Positions 11,868 to 25,337 of a DNA stretch of 64,000 nucleotides are shown here, piece after piece. Made by a program: the position numbers and the translations under genes. Every line of letters starts with the position of its first letter. The stretch's first letter is position 1. The notes beneath the pieces were generated by a model, which searched no databases, was not told where the DNA came from, and was given only the letters and a program-made list of their open reading frames with translations. The DNA is from Eutreptiella sp. 'Long Island Sound 2002' (lineage: Eukaryota > Protista > Euglenida). The DNA lies in contig OZ038379.1 of the NCBI GenBank assembly GCA_964036045.1, positions 71,052,001-71,116,000 on the forward strand, read 5' to 3'.

Positions 11868-14800
11868 AGACCAACAGCCTCACCACTTCAGAGATGTTGT
11901 CCTCACAACATGGATCCCTCAAGCTCCAAATGTCATTTTTGCCCCATTTTCACTTATTTTCTTTTAAAAAAAAATGGGATGCGGTCCTCTCCGCGAGGCA
12001 GGCACTAAAGCATTGTGTCGTCCCCGCGGTGAGTTGGTGGACAAACAAACATGTTCCTTAAAGGCTGAGAGGCATTGCACCACATGCAAACACATTCAAG
12101 ACGAAAAGTGTCACCCCTTCTCAGATGTTGTCCTCACAACATTGATCCCTCAGGCTTCAAGCTGTCATTTTTGCCCGATTTTAACTGGGTTTCTTCGGTG
12201 AAATGACCCGCGGTCCTTTCCGCTAGGCAGTAAACTACTGGGATGTCCCCCCGCGAGTTGCTTGGCAAACAAAGATGTTCGTGAAATTTTGGCACGCACC
12301 GCACCACATGCAAGGAGTTTCAAGACCAATAGTGTCAGCATTGCAAACATGTTGTCCTTACAACAGAGATGCCTAAGGCTTCAAACTCTCATTTTTACCG
12401 CAATTTCACATGTTATTTTTCGCAAAAATGGGCTGCGGTCTTTTTTGCTAGGCACTAAACCATTGTGCCGTCCCCCATGTAAGTTGCTGGGCAAACCATC
12501 CTGTCCCTAAAAGGCTGAGAGGCATCTCACCACATGCAAAGAGCTTCAACACCAACAGTGTCACTACTTCAGAGGGGTTGTCCTCGTAACCTTGATCTCT
12601 CAGGCTTCACACGGTTATTTTTGCCGCATTTTCACTTGTTTTCTTCGGAAAAATGGGCTGCGCCTCTTTCCGCTAGGCACCAAACCATTGTGTCTTCCCC
12701 CGGTGAGTTGCTGGACAAACAAACTTGTTCCTCAAAGGCTGAGAGGCACAACACCAAATGCAAAGAGTTTCAAGACCACTATTGTCACCACTTCAGAGAT
12801 GTTGTCCTCACAACCTTGATCTCCCAAGCTTCAAACTGTCATTCTTGCCCCTTCTTCACTGGTTTTCTTCAAACAACAAATGGGCTGCGGTCCTTTCCGC
12901 TGGGCACTAAACCATTGTGTCGTCCCCACGGTGAGTGGCTGGGTAAACAAACACGTTCCTCAAAGGCTGAGAGGCACCGCACCACATGCAAAAAGTATCA
13001 ACACCAACAGTGTCACCACTGAACATATGTTGTCCTCACAACATCGATCCCGCGGGCTTCAAGCTGTTATTTTTGCCCAATTTTCACTTGTTTTGTTAAA
13101 AAAAAATGGGGTGCGGTCCTTTCCGCTGCGCACTAGACTATTGTGACGTCCCCCCGGTGAGTTGCTGGGCAAACACACATGTTCCTCAAAGGTTGGCACG
13201 CACCACACCACATGCGAAGAATTTCAACACCGATAGTGTCACTAGTGTAGACATGTTGTCCTCACAACAGTGATACCTGAGGCTTCGAACGATCATTTTT
13301 GCCCCAATTTCACTTGTTCTCTTCAAAATAATGGGTTGCAGTCGTTTCCGCTAGGCACCAAACCGTTGTGTTTTCCCCCGTTGACTTGCTCGGCAAACAA
13401 CCATGCTCCTCAAAGGTTGGCAGGCACCACAGCACGTGCGAAGAGTTTCAACACCAACGGAGTCACCATTGTAGACATGTTGTCCTCACAACAGTGATCC
13501 CCGAGGCTTCGAACTGTCATTTTTGCACCAGTTTCAATTGTTCTTTTCAGAAGAATGGGCCGCAGTCCGTTGTGCTTGGCATTGTGTTGTCTCCAGGGTG
13601 AGTTGCTGGATAAACAAACGTGTTCCTCAAAGGCTGAGAGGCACGTCACCACATGCAAAGAGATTAAAAACCAAAAGTGTCACCACATATGCTGTCCTCA
13701 CAACATTCATGCCTCAGGCTTCAAACTGTCATTTCACCCCATTTTCACTTATCCCTTCGAAAAAATGGGCTGCGGTCCTTTCCGCTGGGCCGTGAACCAT
13801 TCTGTTGTCCCCCCGTTAAGTTGCTTGGCAAACAAACGTGTTCCTCAAAGGCTGGGAGGCACCGCACCACATGCAAAGAGTTTCAAGACCAACAATGGCA
13901 CCATTTCGGAGATGTTGTCCTCGAAATGTTCATCCCTCACGCTTGGAACTGCCATTTTTGCGCCATTTTTACTTGTTTTCGTGAAAAAAAAAAAAAAAGA
14001 GGGGGGGGGGCTTCGGTCCTTTCCACGAGGCACCAAAGCATTGTGTTGTCGCCCAGGTGAGTTGATGGACAAACAAACGTGTTCCTCAAAGGCTGAGAGG
14101 CATCGCACCACATGCAAAGAGCTTCAACACCAACGATGTCACCCCTTCGGAGATGTTGTCGTCACAACATTGATGTCTCAGGCTTCAAACTATCATTTTG
14201 ACCCATTTTCAATTTTTTCTTCGGAAATATGGGTTGCGGTCCTTTCCCCTGGGCACTAAACCATTGCGCCGTTCCCCCGGTGAGTTGCTGGGCAAACAAG
14301 CATGTTCCTCAAAGGCTGAGAGGCACCGCACGACATGCACAGAGTTTCAAGACCAACAGTGGCACCATTTCAGACATATAGTCCTCATAACATTGATGTC
14401 TCAGGCTTCAAACCATCATTTTGACCCCATTGTCACTTATTTTCTTTAGAAAAATGGGCGGCAGTCCGTTCTGCTAGGCGCGAAATCATTGTGTCGCGAC
14501 CACGGTGAGTTGCTAGGCAAACAAACACGTTGCTGAAAGGCTGAGAGGCACCGCACCACAAGCAAAGAATTTCAGGACCAAGAGTGTCACCACTTCACAG
14601 ATACTGTCCTCTCAACATTGATCCCTTAGGCTTCCAACTGTCATTTTTGGCCCATTTGCACTTGATTTCTTCAAAGAAAATGAGATGCGGTCCTTTCCAC
14701 TAAGCACTAAAATGTGTGTCGCCGCCCCGGTGAGCTGCTGGGCAAACAAAGGTGTTCCTCAAAGGCTGAGAGGCACCCACCACATGCAACGAGTCTCACG

Positions 14801-17800
14801 ACCAATGGTGTCACCACCGCACAAATGGTGTCGTCACAACATTGATCTCTCAAGCTTCAAACTGTCATTCTTGCCCCATTTTCAGTTGTTTTCTTCGGAA
14901 AAAGGGGTTGTGGTCATTTCCGCGAGGCACTAAACCATTGTGTCGTCCCCCCAATGAGTTGATTGGGAAACAAACGTGTTGCTCAAAGGCTGAGAAGCAC
15001 CACACAACATGCAGAGAGTTTGAAGACGAAGAGTGTCACTCGTTCAGCGATGTTGTCCTTACAATACTGATCCCTCCGGGTTCAAACTGTCATTTTTGCC
15101 CAATTTTCAGTTGTTTTCTTCAGAAAAATGGGAGCAGTCCTTTATGCTGGGCACTAAACCATTGTGTCATGCCTCTAGTGAGCTGATTGGCAAACAAACG
15201 TGTTCCTCAAGACCTCAAAGGCACCGCACCACATGCAAAGAGTTTCAGGAGGGACATTGTCACTCGTTCAGAGATGTTAACCTCACAATATTGATCCCTC
15301 CAACTTCAAACTGTCAGTTTTGCCCCTTTTTGACTTGTTTTCTTCGAGAAAATCGCCGGCAGTCCTTTTCGCTAGGCACGCAACCATTGTGTCGTCCGCC
15401 GAGTGAGTTGCTGGACAAGCAAACGTGTTCCTAAAGGGCTCAAAGGCACCGCACGACATGAAAAGAGTTTCACGGCCGACATTTTCATCACTTCAGACAT
15501 GTTGTCCCGACAACATTGATTCTTGAGGCTTCAAAATGCTAATTTTGCCCCATTTTCACATTTTTTCTTTTAAAAAAAAACAAAAAAAGGGGGGTTGTCG
15601 TACCTTTCCGTTGGGCCCTAAAGCATTATGTTGTTCCTGCGGTGAGTTGTTGGGCAAACAAAATTTTTCCCGAACGGCTGAGAGGCACCGGACCACATGC
15701 AAAGACTTTCAACACCAACAATGTCACCACTGCAATGTTAATTTTGCCCCGTTTTCAAAAGTGTTTTTTTTTAAAAAAAAATAAAAAAAAGAGGGGGGGG
15801 GTCCTTTCTGTTGGCCCCTAAACCATTATGTTGTTCCTCAAAGGCTGAGAGGCACCGGACCCTGCAAAGAGTTTCAAAACCAACAGTGTCAGGCCTTCGG
15901 ATATGTTGTCCTCACAACATTGATCCCTCGGGCTTCAAGCTGTCATTTCCCCCCCATTTTCACTGGTTTCCTTCGCAAATATGGGCTCCGGTCATTTCCG
16001 CTAGGCACGACACCATTATGTCATCCCAACGGTGAGTTGCTGAGCAAACAAACGTGTTCCTCAACGGCTGAGAGGCACCGCACCACATGCAGAGAGTTTC
16101 AAGACCAACATTGTGACCCCTTCAGAGATATTGTCCTAACAACATTCATCCCTAATGCTTCAAGCTGTCATTTTGCGCCTTTTTCACTTGTTTTCTTCGG
16201 AAATGTGGGCTATGGTCCTTCCCGTTGGGCCGTGCACCTATGTTATCCCCCCAGTGATTTCCTCAAAGGGTGAGAGGCACTGCACCACATGCAAAGAGTT
16301 TCAAGACGAACAATGTCACCATTGCATAGATGCTGTCCTAACCGCATTGATCCCTCAAGCTTCAAAATGTGATTTTCGCCCCATTTTCACTTCTCCTCGG
16401 AAAAATGGGATGGGGTCTTTTCCGTTGGGCATGAAATCGTTGTGTCGTCGCCCGTTGAGTGGCTGGGCAAACAAACATGTCCCTCAAAGGCTGAGAGGCA
16501 CCGCACCACATGCAAAAAGGTTCAAGACCAACACTGTCACAACTTCAGACATGTCGTCCTAACAACAATTATCCCCCAAGCTTCAAACTGTTATTTTTGC
16601 CCCATTTTTATGTGTTTACTTTGGAAAAATGGCTTGAGGTTCCTTTTGTTGGGCACGAAACCATTCACTTCTCCTTCCGGCTTGTTGCTAGGGAAACAAA
16701 CGTGTTCCTCAAGGACTGAGGCGCACCCCAAAACATGCCAAGAGCTTCAAAACCAACAACGTCACCACTTCAGAGATAATGTCCTCACAACATTGATCCC
16801 TGGGGCTTCAATTTGTCACTTTTGCCCAATTTTCATTTGTTTTCTTCGGAAATATAGGCTCCGGTCAATTCCGCTAGGCACTAAACCATGGTGTGGTCCC
16901 CCCAGTGAGTTGCTGGGCAAACAAACGTGTTCCTCAAAGGCTCAGAAGCACCGCACCAAATGGTAAGAGTTTCAAGACCAAAAGTGTCACCCCTTCAGAG
17001 ATATTGTCCTCACAACGTCCATCCCGCAGGCTGCAAACTGTCCTTTTTGCCCCATTTTCACTTGTTTTCATCAGAAATATAGGCTATGGTCCTTTTTGTG
17101 GGGCACTAAACCATTCTGTTGTCCCCCGGTGAGTAGTCGGGAAAAAAAACATGTTCCTCAAAGGCTGAGAGGCACCGCACGACATGCAAAGAGCTTCAAA
17201 ACAAGCACTGTCACTGCTTCAGAGATGTTGCGGTCACAACCATTATCCCGGAAGCTTCAAGCTATCATTTTTGCCCCTATTTTGCTTGTTTACTTCAGAA
17301 AGATGGGCTACGTCCTTCTTATGGGCACCAAACCATTAAGTCGTCCCCCCGGCGATATGCTGGGGGCTGAGAGGCATTGCAAAACATGCAAAGAGTTTCA
17401 AGACCAACAGTGTCACCCCTTCCAAGATGTTGTCTTCATAACATTGATCCCTCGGGCTTCAAAGTGTCATTTTTGCCCCATTTCCACTCATTTTCTTCAG
17501 AGATATGAACCGTGGAACTTTCCGCTAGGCACTCAACCATTTCGTCTTCCCCCGGTGAGTTGCCGGGAAAACAAAGCTATTCCTCGAAGGCTGAGAGGCA
17601 CCGCACCACATGCAAACAGTTTCAAGACCAACAGTGGTAGCACTTCAGAGACGTTGTCCTCACAACATTAATGTCTAAGGCTTCAAATTATCATTTTTTG
17701 GTCCCAATGTCTCTTGTTTTCTTCGGAAATATGGGCTGTGGTCATTTCTGTTGGGCCATCAACCATTGTGTCGTCCCCCCGGTGAGTTGCTGGGCAAACA

Positions 17801-20655
17801 AACATGTTCGTCGATGGCTGATGGGCACCTCACAACATGCAAAGAGTTTCAAGACCAATAGTGTCACGACATCAGACATGTTGTCCTCACAACATTGACC
17901 CCTCGGGCTTCAAACTGTCATTTTTGCCCCATTTGCACTTGTTTCAATCAAAAAATATGGGCTCTGGTCACTTCCGTTCGGACGTGAACAGTTCTGTCCT
18001 CCGACGGTGAGGTGCCAAGCAAAGAAACGTGTTCCTCAAACGCTAAGAGGCACGGCACCACATGCAAAGAATTTCAAGACCGATAGATACCCCATTAGCG
18101 TCACCATTGCATAGATGTTGTCCTAACAACATTGATCCCTCAGGCTTCGGAGCGTCATTTTTGTCCCGTTTTCACTTGTTTACTTCGGAAAAATGGGCTG
18201 CGGTCCTTTCTGCTAGGCAATAAACCATTGTGTCGTCCCCCGGGTGAGTTGCTAGGCAAACAAACGTGTTCCTCAATGGCTAAGAGGCACTACGCAACAT
18301 ACAAAGAGTTTCAAGACCAACAGTGTCACCGCTTCAGACATGTTGTCCTCACCACATTAATCCCTCAAGGTTCAAACTGTCATTTTTGTCCAATTTTTAT
18401 TTGGTATCAGAAAAATGGGTTGCGGTCCTTTCCGTTGGGCACTAAACCCTTGTGTCGTCCCCCCGGTGAGTTGCTCGGCAAATAAACGTCTTCCTCAAAG
18501 GCTCGGACGCACGGCACGAGATGCAAAGAGTTGCAACACCATTTGAGAGATGTTGTCCTCAGAACATTAATCCCTCAAGCTTCATAGTGTCATTTTCGCC
18601 CCATTTTCACTTGTGTTCTTCAGAAAAATGGGCCGTGGTCCTTTCCGATGGCCATTACACCATTCTGCCTTCCCCCGGCAGGTTGCTGAACAAAAAGACG
18701 TGTTGCTCAAAGGCTGAGAGGCATCACACCACATGAAAAGAGTTTCAAGACCAACTGTATCAGAATTTTGGAGATGTTCTCCTCGCAACATTGATCCCTA
18801 AGGCTTAACCTGTCATTTTCGACCCGTTTTCACTTGTTTTGTTCTGAAGAAATGGGCGGAGGTCCTTTCCGCTGGGCACTAAAGAATTGTGCCGTCCCCG
18901 CGGCGAGTTGCTAGGCAAACAAACATTTTCCCCAAAGGCTGAGAGGCACCACACCACATGCGAATAGCTTCGACAGAAACAGTGTCACCACGTCAGAATT
19001 GTTGTCCTCACAACATTGATCCCTCAGGCTTCAAACTGTCATTTTTGCCCCATTTTCACTTGCTTTCTTCGGAAAGATGGGCCATGTTCCTCTCCATTTG
19101 GACGTGAACAATTGTGTTGTGCCACCAATGAGTTGTTGGGCAAACAAACGTGTTCCTCAAAAGCCAAGAGGCACCACAGACCGTGCAAAGAGCTTCAAGA
19201 AAAACAGTGTCACCACTTCAGAGATGTGGTCCCCACAACATCGATCGCTCAGGCTTCAAACTGTGATTTTTGCCCCGTTTTCACTTGTCTTCTTCGGAAA
19301 TATGGGCTATGGTCCTTTGCGTTGGGCCGTGAACCATTGTGTTGTTCCCCTAGTGAGTTGCTAGCCAAACAAACGTGTTCCTCGAGGGCTGAGAGGCACC
19401 GCACCACATGCAAAGAGTTTCAACACCAACAGTGTCACCACTTCAGAGATGCTGCCCTCACAACATTGATTCTTGAGGCTACAAATTGTTATTTTTGCCC
19501 CATTTTCACATGTTTTTTTTAAAAAAAAACAAAAAAAGAGGGGGGGGGGGGTTCCTTCCGTTGGCCCCTAAACCATTCTGTTGTTCCCGCAATGAGTTGT
19601 GGGCAAATAAACTTGTTCCTCAAAGGCTGAGAGGCACCGGACCACATGCAAAGAGTTTCAAAACCAACAGTGTCACCACTTCAGATATATTGTACTCACA
19701 ACATTGATACCTCGGGCTTGAAACCGTCATTTCCCCCCCCATTTTCACTTGTTTCCTTTGCAAATATGGGCTCCGGTCATTTCCGCTGGGCACGACACCA
19801 TTGTGCCGTCCCCACGGTGAGTTGCTGGGCAAATATACGTGTTCCTCAAAAGCTGAGAGGCACCGCACCACATGCAGAGAGTTTCAAGACCAACATTGTC
19901 GACCCTTCAGAGATATTGTCCTAACAACATTTATCCGTGAGGCTTCCAACTGTCATTTTGCCCCTTTTTCACTTGTTTTCTTCTGGGCTATGATCCTTCC
20001 CGTTGGGCCGTGCACCATTGTGTTATCCCCCCAGTGAGTTCCTCAAAGGCTGAGAGGCACCGCACCACATGCAAAGAGTTCCAAGACCAACGGTGTCACC
20101 ACTTCACAAATATTGTCCTAACAGCATTGATCCCTGAGGCCACCCCCACAATATGCCAAGAGCTTCAAGACCAACACTGTCACCACATCAGACCTGTCGC
20201 CCGAACAACAATTATCCCTCAAGCTTCAAACTGTCATTTTTGCCGCATTTTTACGTGTTTACTTTGGCAAAATGGCTTGAGGTCCCTTCTGTTGGGCACT
20301 AAACCATTGAGTCGTCGTTCCGGCTTGTTGCTAGGGAAACAAACGTGTTCCTCAAAGGCTGAGACGCACCTCCACAACATGCCAAGAGCTTCAAAACCAA
20401 CAATGTCACCAGTTCAGATATGTTTTCCTCACAAAATTGATCCCTGGGGCTTCAAACTGTCACTTTTGCCCCAATTTGATTTGTTTTCCGCGGAAATATA
20501 GGCTCCGGCCATTTCCGCTGGGCACTAAACCATTGTGTCGTCCCCTCGGTGAGTTGCTGGGCAAACAAACGTGTTCCTCAAAGGCTCAGAAGCACCGCAC
20601 CAAATGCAAAGAGTTTCAAGACCAAAAGTGTCACCCCTTCAGAGATATTGTCCTC
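11868..20655 (+). repeat. ~224-bp satellite array, block 2
   Basis: Same monomer as block 1, continuous; some monomers carry poly-A/poly-G expansions. Confidence 0.97.
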
Positions 20656-22532
20656 TTAGGAGGCCCATAGTGCCCTCTATCGTTTTTTTAAAAAAAAATT
20701 CATGTCGTGCACAGAGCCCAGCCTTTCTGCTGCATAGCCAAGCGTAACGGAGGGGTGGTTCCCAGCCTGGGTGTATGGGGAGGAGGAACGACACGCAGTT
20801 TAGGGGTGCGAAGCAGCAAAAAGGCACCATTTTGGCCCCCTACAGCATGCAAGCGCAGCCACTGTTTTTTCCCATTTTGGAGGTCTGAAATACCGAAAAT
20901 GGACCAGTCGCACCATAAAACTATGTTTCACAGTCTGATATCACAAATGGAGCACGTATTTGGCAACAGCACGTGTTGCGGTTCTTCTAGCACCCGTGGT
21001 ATTGTAACGGCAATGATGACCTTATATGCACCGCCTGTGAAGAAGGTGTCCCCTATCATAACACAGAACAGCACCTGTACAAAAGGAGGGTGCAAAGCAG
21101 CATTTCTGAAAGGCTGGGCTCTGGAGAGGCCAGAAACATGAAATTCACTAAAAACAGGGGTAATAGTACAGGGTTGTACACCAACACAACAGTGCGCAGG
21201 CAAACAGGTAGTAACAGGGCATGAAATAGGGAATTCCTACTGGCTGGGCTCTGCAGAGCCCAGCTCGATACAAACATCATACAGCACCCATGAATTACGC
21301 TATTCATAAACAAGCCAGACCACCAGTGTAGCAATGGTTACAATAGGCATCGGACTATATGCCCCCCCCCCGCCCCCCCCCGAAAAAATTTTCAGTCCAA
21401 TAAGCGACAGACCACCAGAGCACTAGTCATACACAAGGCATGGAAGCTGTACACACTAGTTGACGAGTCTAAGGCACGAACACACACAAAACAAGGCAGA
21501 GAAGTTGTAAAAACCTTTATGTGCACTGTAGGAGGTCCGCCAGAACAAAAAAATTGGATGTTGTACTGACTATAGATTGATGTGTCCCCATATGTGGTTC
21601 AGAAGCACGTACTAACACCTGGCCACACAAAGACTATTCCCCCTTCTGAATCCCGAGCAAATGTTGAACTATCAATAAATGGTTGACACCAACAAAAACT
21701 AGCCACAAATCGCACGAAAAAATTAAGCATCGCACAGTAGGCTGTGTCAAAGCACTGTCCAACATACGCACTGTCAACCGCTGGAGAAATGAAAAGACAT
21801 AGGCCCAATAGATCAATGCAATTGAGCATACATGACAGCGCGGAATAAAACGTGGCCCAGCGATAAAAAGCAAACATGTGCCCAAACTACTAACTTGACA
21901 CTGGACTCTGGGCATACTTGGTAAACTCGAAATGACAGACACGTTCATCTGAGCTCTGCAGGGCCCAGGAACAGGCAACAGAACATGTCACGACCAAATC
22001 AGGGGTACAAATGGCATCTGGACTTTGCACCGCATTGACTGGTAAAACAAATAGCAAGAATTAAAAAATCTGGGGCTCATAGACACAAACCTAGCACCGT
22101 GTATGCACCAAAATTGTGAACAAACTCCACAGTTGGCACACTGTGTCAACGAGGGACTTACCAAAATAAATGCCATAGCACAATGTTGTCCTGATACAAC
22201 CAAATTCACACAGGGACAGTACTGCATTGTTGAGATGAAAGCAACACTGGGTACCACCACGAGGCATGCAAATTGGCCTAAAACAGCATGATGGGCTCTG
22301 CAGAGCCCAGCTCAGTGCAAATTAAAAAAATGACCGTCAAATTCAGCCACAAACACGTACAACGTCAAACAGGCACATCATTCACTGTCCCACAGCCAAT
22401 TGGGACTGCACAGGACAGGCCCAGTCACATCAGGCGCTCACAAAACCAGCACAGTAACACGGTAGCGTCTGTGGTTGTATGTCCATTATGGTCCAGCGAC
22501 AGTCATGATCCAGCGGTATATGGGGCCTCCCG

Positions 22533-25337
22533 TCACTTGCCGTTGCTCTTGCCGTTGCTCTTGGACAAGCCAACCGGGACACCACGTTGCAGGGCGGCCT
22601 GCAGGCCCTCAATTGCCCTTTTTTTCTGCGATGGGGACGCCCCAGCGGCTGCCGTTACCAGCTTATCCTCCTCTTCTGTCCTCTTGCGATTTGCTCGCTC
22701 GTCCTCTTTCGCCTTTTTCTCCTTCCCCTTCTCTTCCTTTTTACGTTGCTTCTCCCGTGCCTCCTCTTGCTTCCGCAACTCGCGCTCAGCCTTCCCCTGC
22801 TCCTTCTGCCGCTGTTTATCGGTGTTTCTCCCCTTCCGCTTGGGAGTTTGCGGATCCGGCACCTCATCAACTTATGACTCACTCGTGTCCGCGTCTGCTG
22901 CCTGGTCAGGGGACTCCTGCTGGAACAGCGGCTGCCCGGTGCTTGCCCAGTGCATGACACTCCGCCACTCAACATCCTCCTCCGTGTCCCCTTTCCGGAC
23001 GCTCGTCTTCAGCAGGTTCACCACATTAGCTGCATTGTAGGGACCATCACATAGTACACCCCGTGCGCAATTCAACGGGACAGTCAAATGAATACAGCCC
23101 AGACTGATCATGTCAGGGCGGCGGCCATAGTACAGTGCCCACAGGCAGCGGGATGCATCACCATCCATGTGCGTGTCGTCCGAGTCGTCGTTGGGGTCCT
23201 CCAGCAAATTCACCAATCACCACAAAATAGCCAGACCCAGCCGCAGACCTTCAGTTAACGACTTTTGTGTGAGGAAGTGCGGCACCGCAGAGCCCAGCCC
23301 ATGGGTCTTCACAAGCAACAAAGTTGACTGCTCGAACAAATACGGCTCTTCTAGGCGCCCCACGTGGTACACAGCCATTCGCAAGGCCGTTGGGTACAAA
23401 TCTTCCAATTGCGACCGCAAGTGTTGTTCCACGGCGACCAAATCCCCATGGTGTCCATGAAAGGCGCCAAGTACCCCTTGAGACAGCACACGCACGATCT
23501 GCACACCAGGGATCCACCCTCCACGCCGCGAGACTTCAACAATGACGAGATTGTACTTCACCATTTGGATCTCATTTGGCACTGCGGTCACCGATCCATC
23601 GTACGCCCAAATTTCTCCGGATTCTGACCCCTTGCAAACATTGACCTTTGCCACCTCGCCACCAGACACCTGAACAGCTGGGTTCAACACTGGTCTCACA
23701 AGCAGTCTGCGATGTGCTTCAACATCTTCTCGAGCGCTGACCCACAGACCTGCCTTCAACAGCGCCTGGAGCGGTGGCCAGGGCGTGCTCTCGCTGTACT
23801 CCCAGCTCCCTTGCCATGCACCAAGATTTGCCAGACGGTGACTAAACTTCTTTGAGATGCGAGCCACTTCTTTGTGCCTGTGTGTACAGCAGCCATAGAG
23901 GAGGGCAGGAGGGCAGCGATCCACCAAGTCACAACGATCTGCCAAAGCGTAAATTTGCAGTTTGTTCGATCCTGGGCTCTGCAGAGCCCAGTACTGTCAA
24001 ATTGGTAATATGAAGGCTGAAATTGGTCACTGTGGTTCATTTGGGCTCTGCAGAGCCCAGCATGACTAAATTGGCAACTGAAGGGGGTGTCCCGGGGGGG
24101 GGGGGGTCGTGGAACATCATTAGGCATGGCCGCAGCGGTCGACAGCATCAACGTCACGGAAGCTTCAACGGTTGCAGTGTCTCTGTACATGCAGTCAATT
24201 GGCATCCCAGGGGATCCTGGGCTCTGCAGGGCCCAGAACTCTCAAGATGGCAATATGGCGTTTGAAATTGGTGAATGTTCCGCAAGTTCATTCCTGATTA
24301 CCGGTGCACTCTTGCCTAATGATGTCCAAGCCCCCCCCCCCCCCCCTCGAGACACCCCCTAATTCACCATTTTGGTCATGCTAGGCTCTGCAGAGCCCAG
24401 GTGGAGGACAGTTCGAACAATCCAACAGATCCAGCGTCTCTGTACATGCAGTCAATTGGCATCCCAGGAGATCCTGGGCTCTGCAGAGCCCAGAACTCTC
24501 AAGATGATAATATGGCGTCTGAAATTGGTCAATGTCCTCCACCTGGCCTTTGCAGAGCCTGGCATGACCAAAATGGTGAATGAGGGGGTGTCCCGGGGGG
24601 GGGGGGGGGCTTGGACATCATCGGGCTAGGTTGCACCAGTCATCAGGAGTGAAGTTGCGGAAGCTCCAACATTCCAACAGGCATAGCGTCTTTGTAGATC
24701 CTGTCAATTGGCATCCCAGGGGATCCTGCGCTCTGCAGAGCCCAGCAGACCCAAACTGTCACACTGAAATCGGTCATTACACTTCATCCAGGCTCCCTGT
24801 CGCAGCGGCCCATTCACAACAACACAGAGCTTCTGGAAGCCCGGTACTGTACTCTTCGGCGAGGCCATGTAGTTGCATACGCGCCAGAAATTGTCGGGTT
24901 GCATTCTAGTAAAGCATCGCACTGTATAAAGGGCAATCACCTGCTTGCGTTCCACCATCTTGCCGAGTGCGTCCGCGAAGGTGGCACCACAGGTCAAGGC
25001 CATATGGGCAGCTGGCCTCATTTGCTTGACGATTGTCTCCGTGTCGCTGGATTTTGCAGTCAGCCCCGCCTCCACGATTGCCTCACACATCAAGGTGACA
25101 ACGGTCTTCTTACATTGTGTGTCCTCAGCCGCCAGTTGTAGGAAATTGTTCAACAGTTGGGGTACATTGCTCTCACGTCCACTGTGCTGCGGCCTATTGT
25201 GTTGTCTAGCCAGCTTTCGCCTGATCTCGACGGATGTATCAAACTTCATGATGCGCACGTCAAAGTTAGTCATCCAGTCCTCGACCTCGCCAATCCTTGC
25301 TGTAACATCCTTGCAAATTTCATCACACGCCGCAAAG
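22533..25337 (-). pseudogene. Degenerate two-exon ORF, candidate RAG1/Transib-type DDE transposase
   Basis: Exon ...GAWMK joins YRCDLVDRC... across a phase-1 GT-AG intron. IWAYDGS followed by VLGAFHGHHGDLVAVEQHLRSQLEDL resembles the D1 region; later motifs are not cleanly recoverable. Ends in a Lys/Glu-rich tail. Confidence 0.4.
23939..24780 (-). other. Predicted 842-bp GT-AG intron of element C containing 7 palindrome copies
   Basis: Donor AAG T|gtaatg at 24780 and acceptor ctttggcag|AT at 23939; splicing gives TAT and joins two long ORFs in frame. Confidence 0.6.

Larger units (their letters stand above)
20656..25337 (-). mobile_element. Element C: 5'-truncated DNA element with palindrome-rich non-coding DNA
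   Basis: Insertion between contiguous satellite flanks with gtcctc on both sides (20650-20655, 25338-25343). Terminus (c)ttaggaggcc is shared with element D. About 11 copies of CTGGGCTCTGCAGAGCCCAG. Confidence 0.75.
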
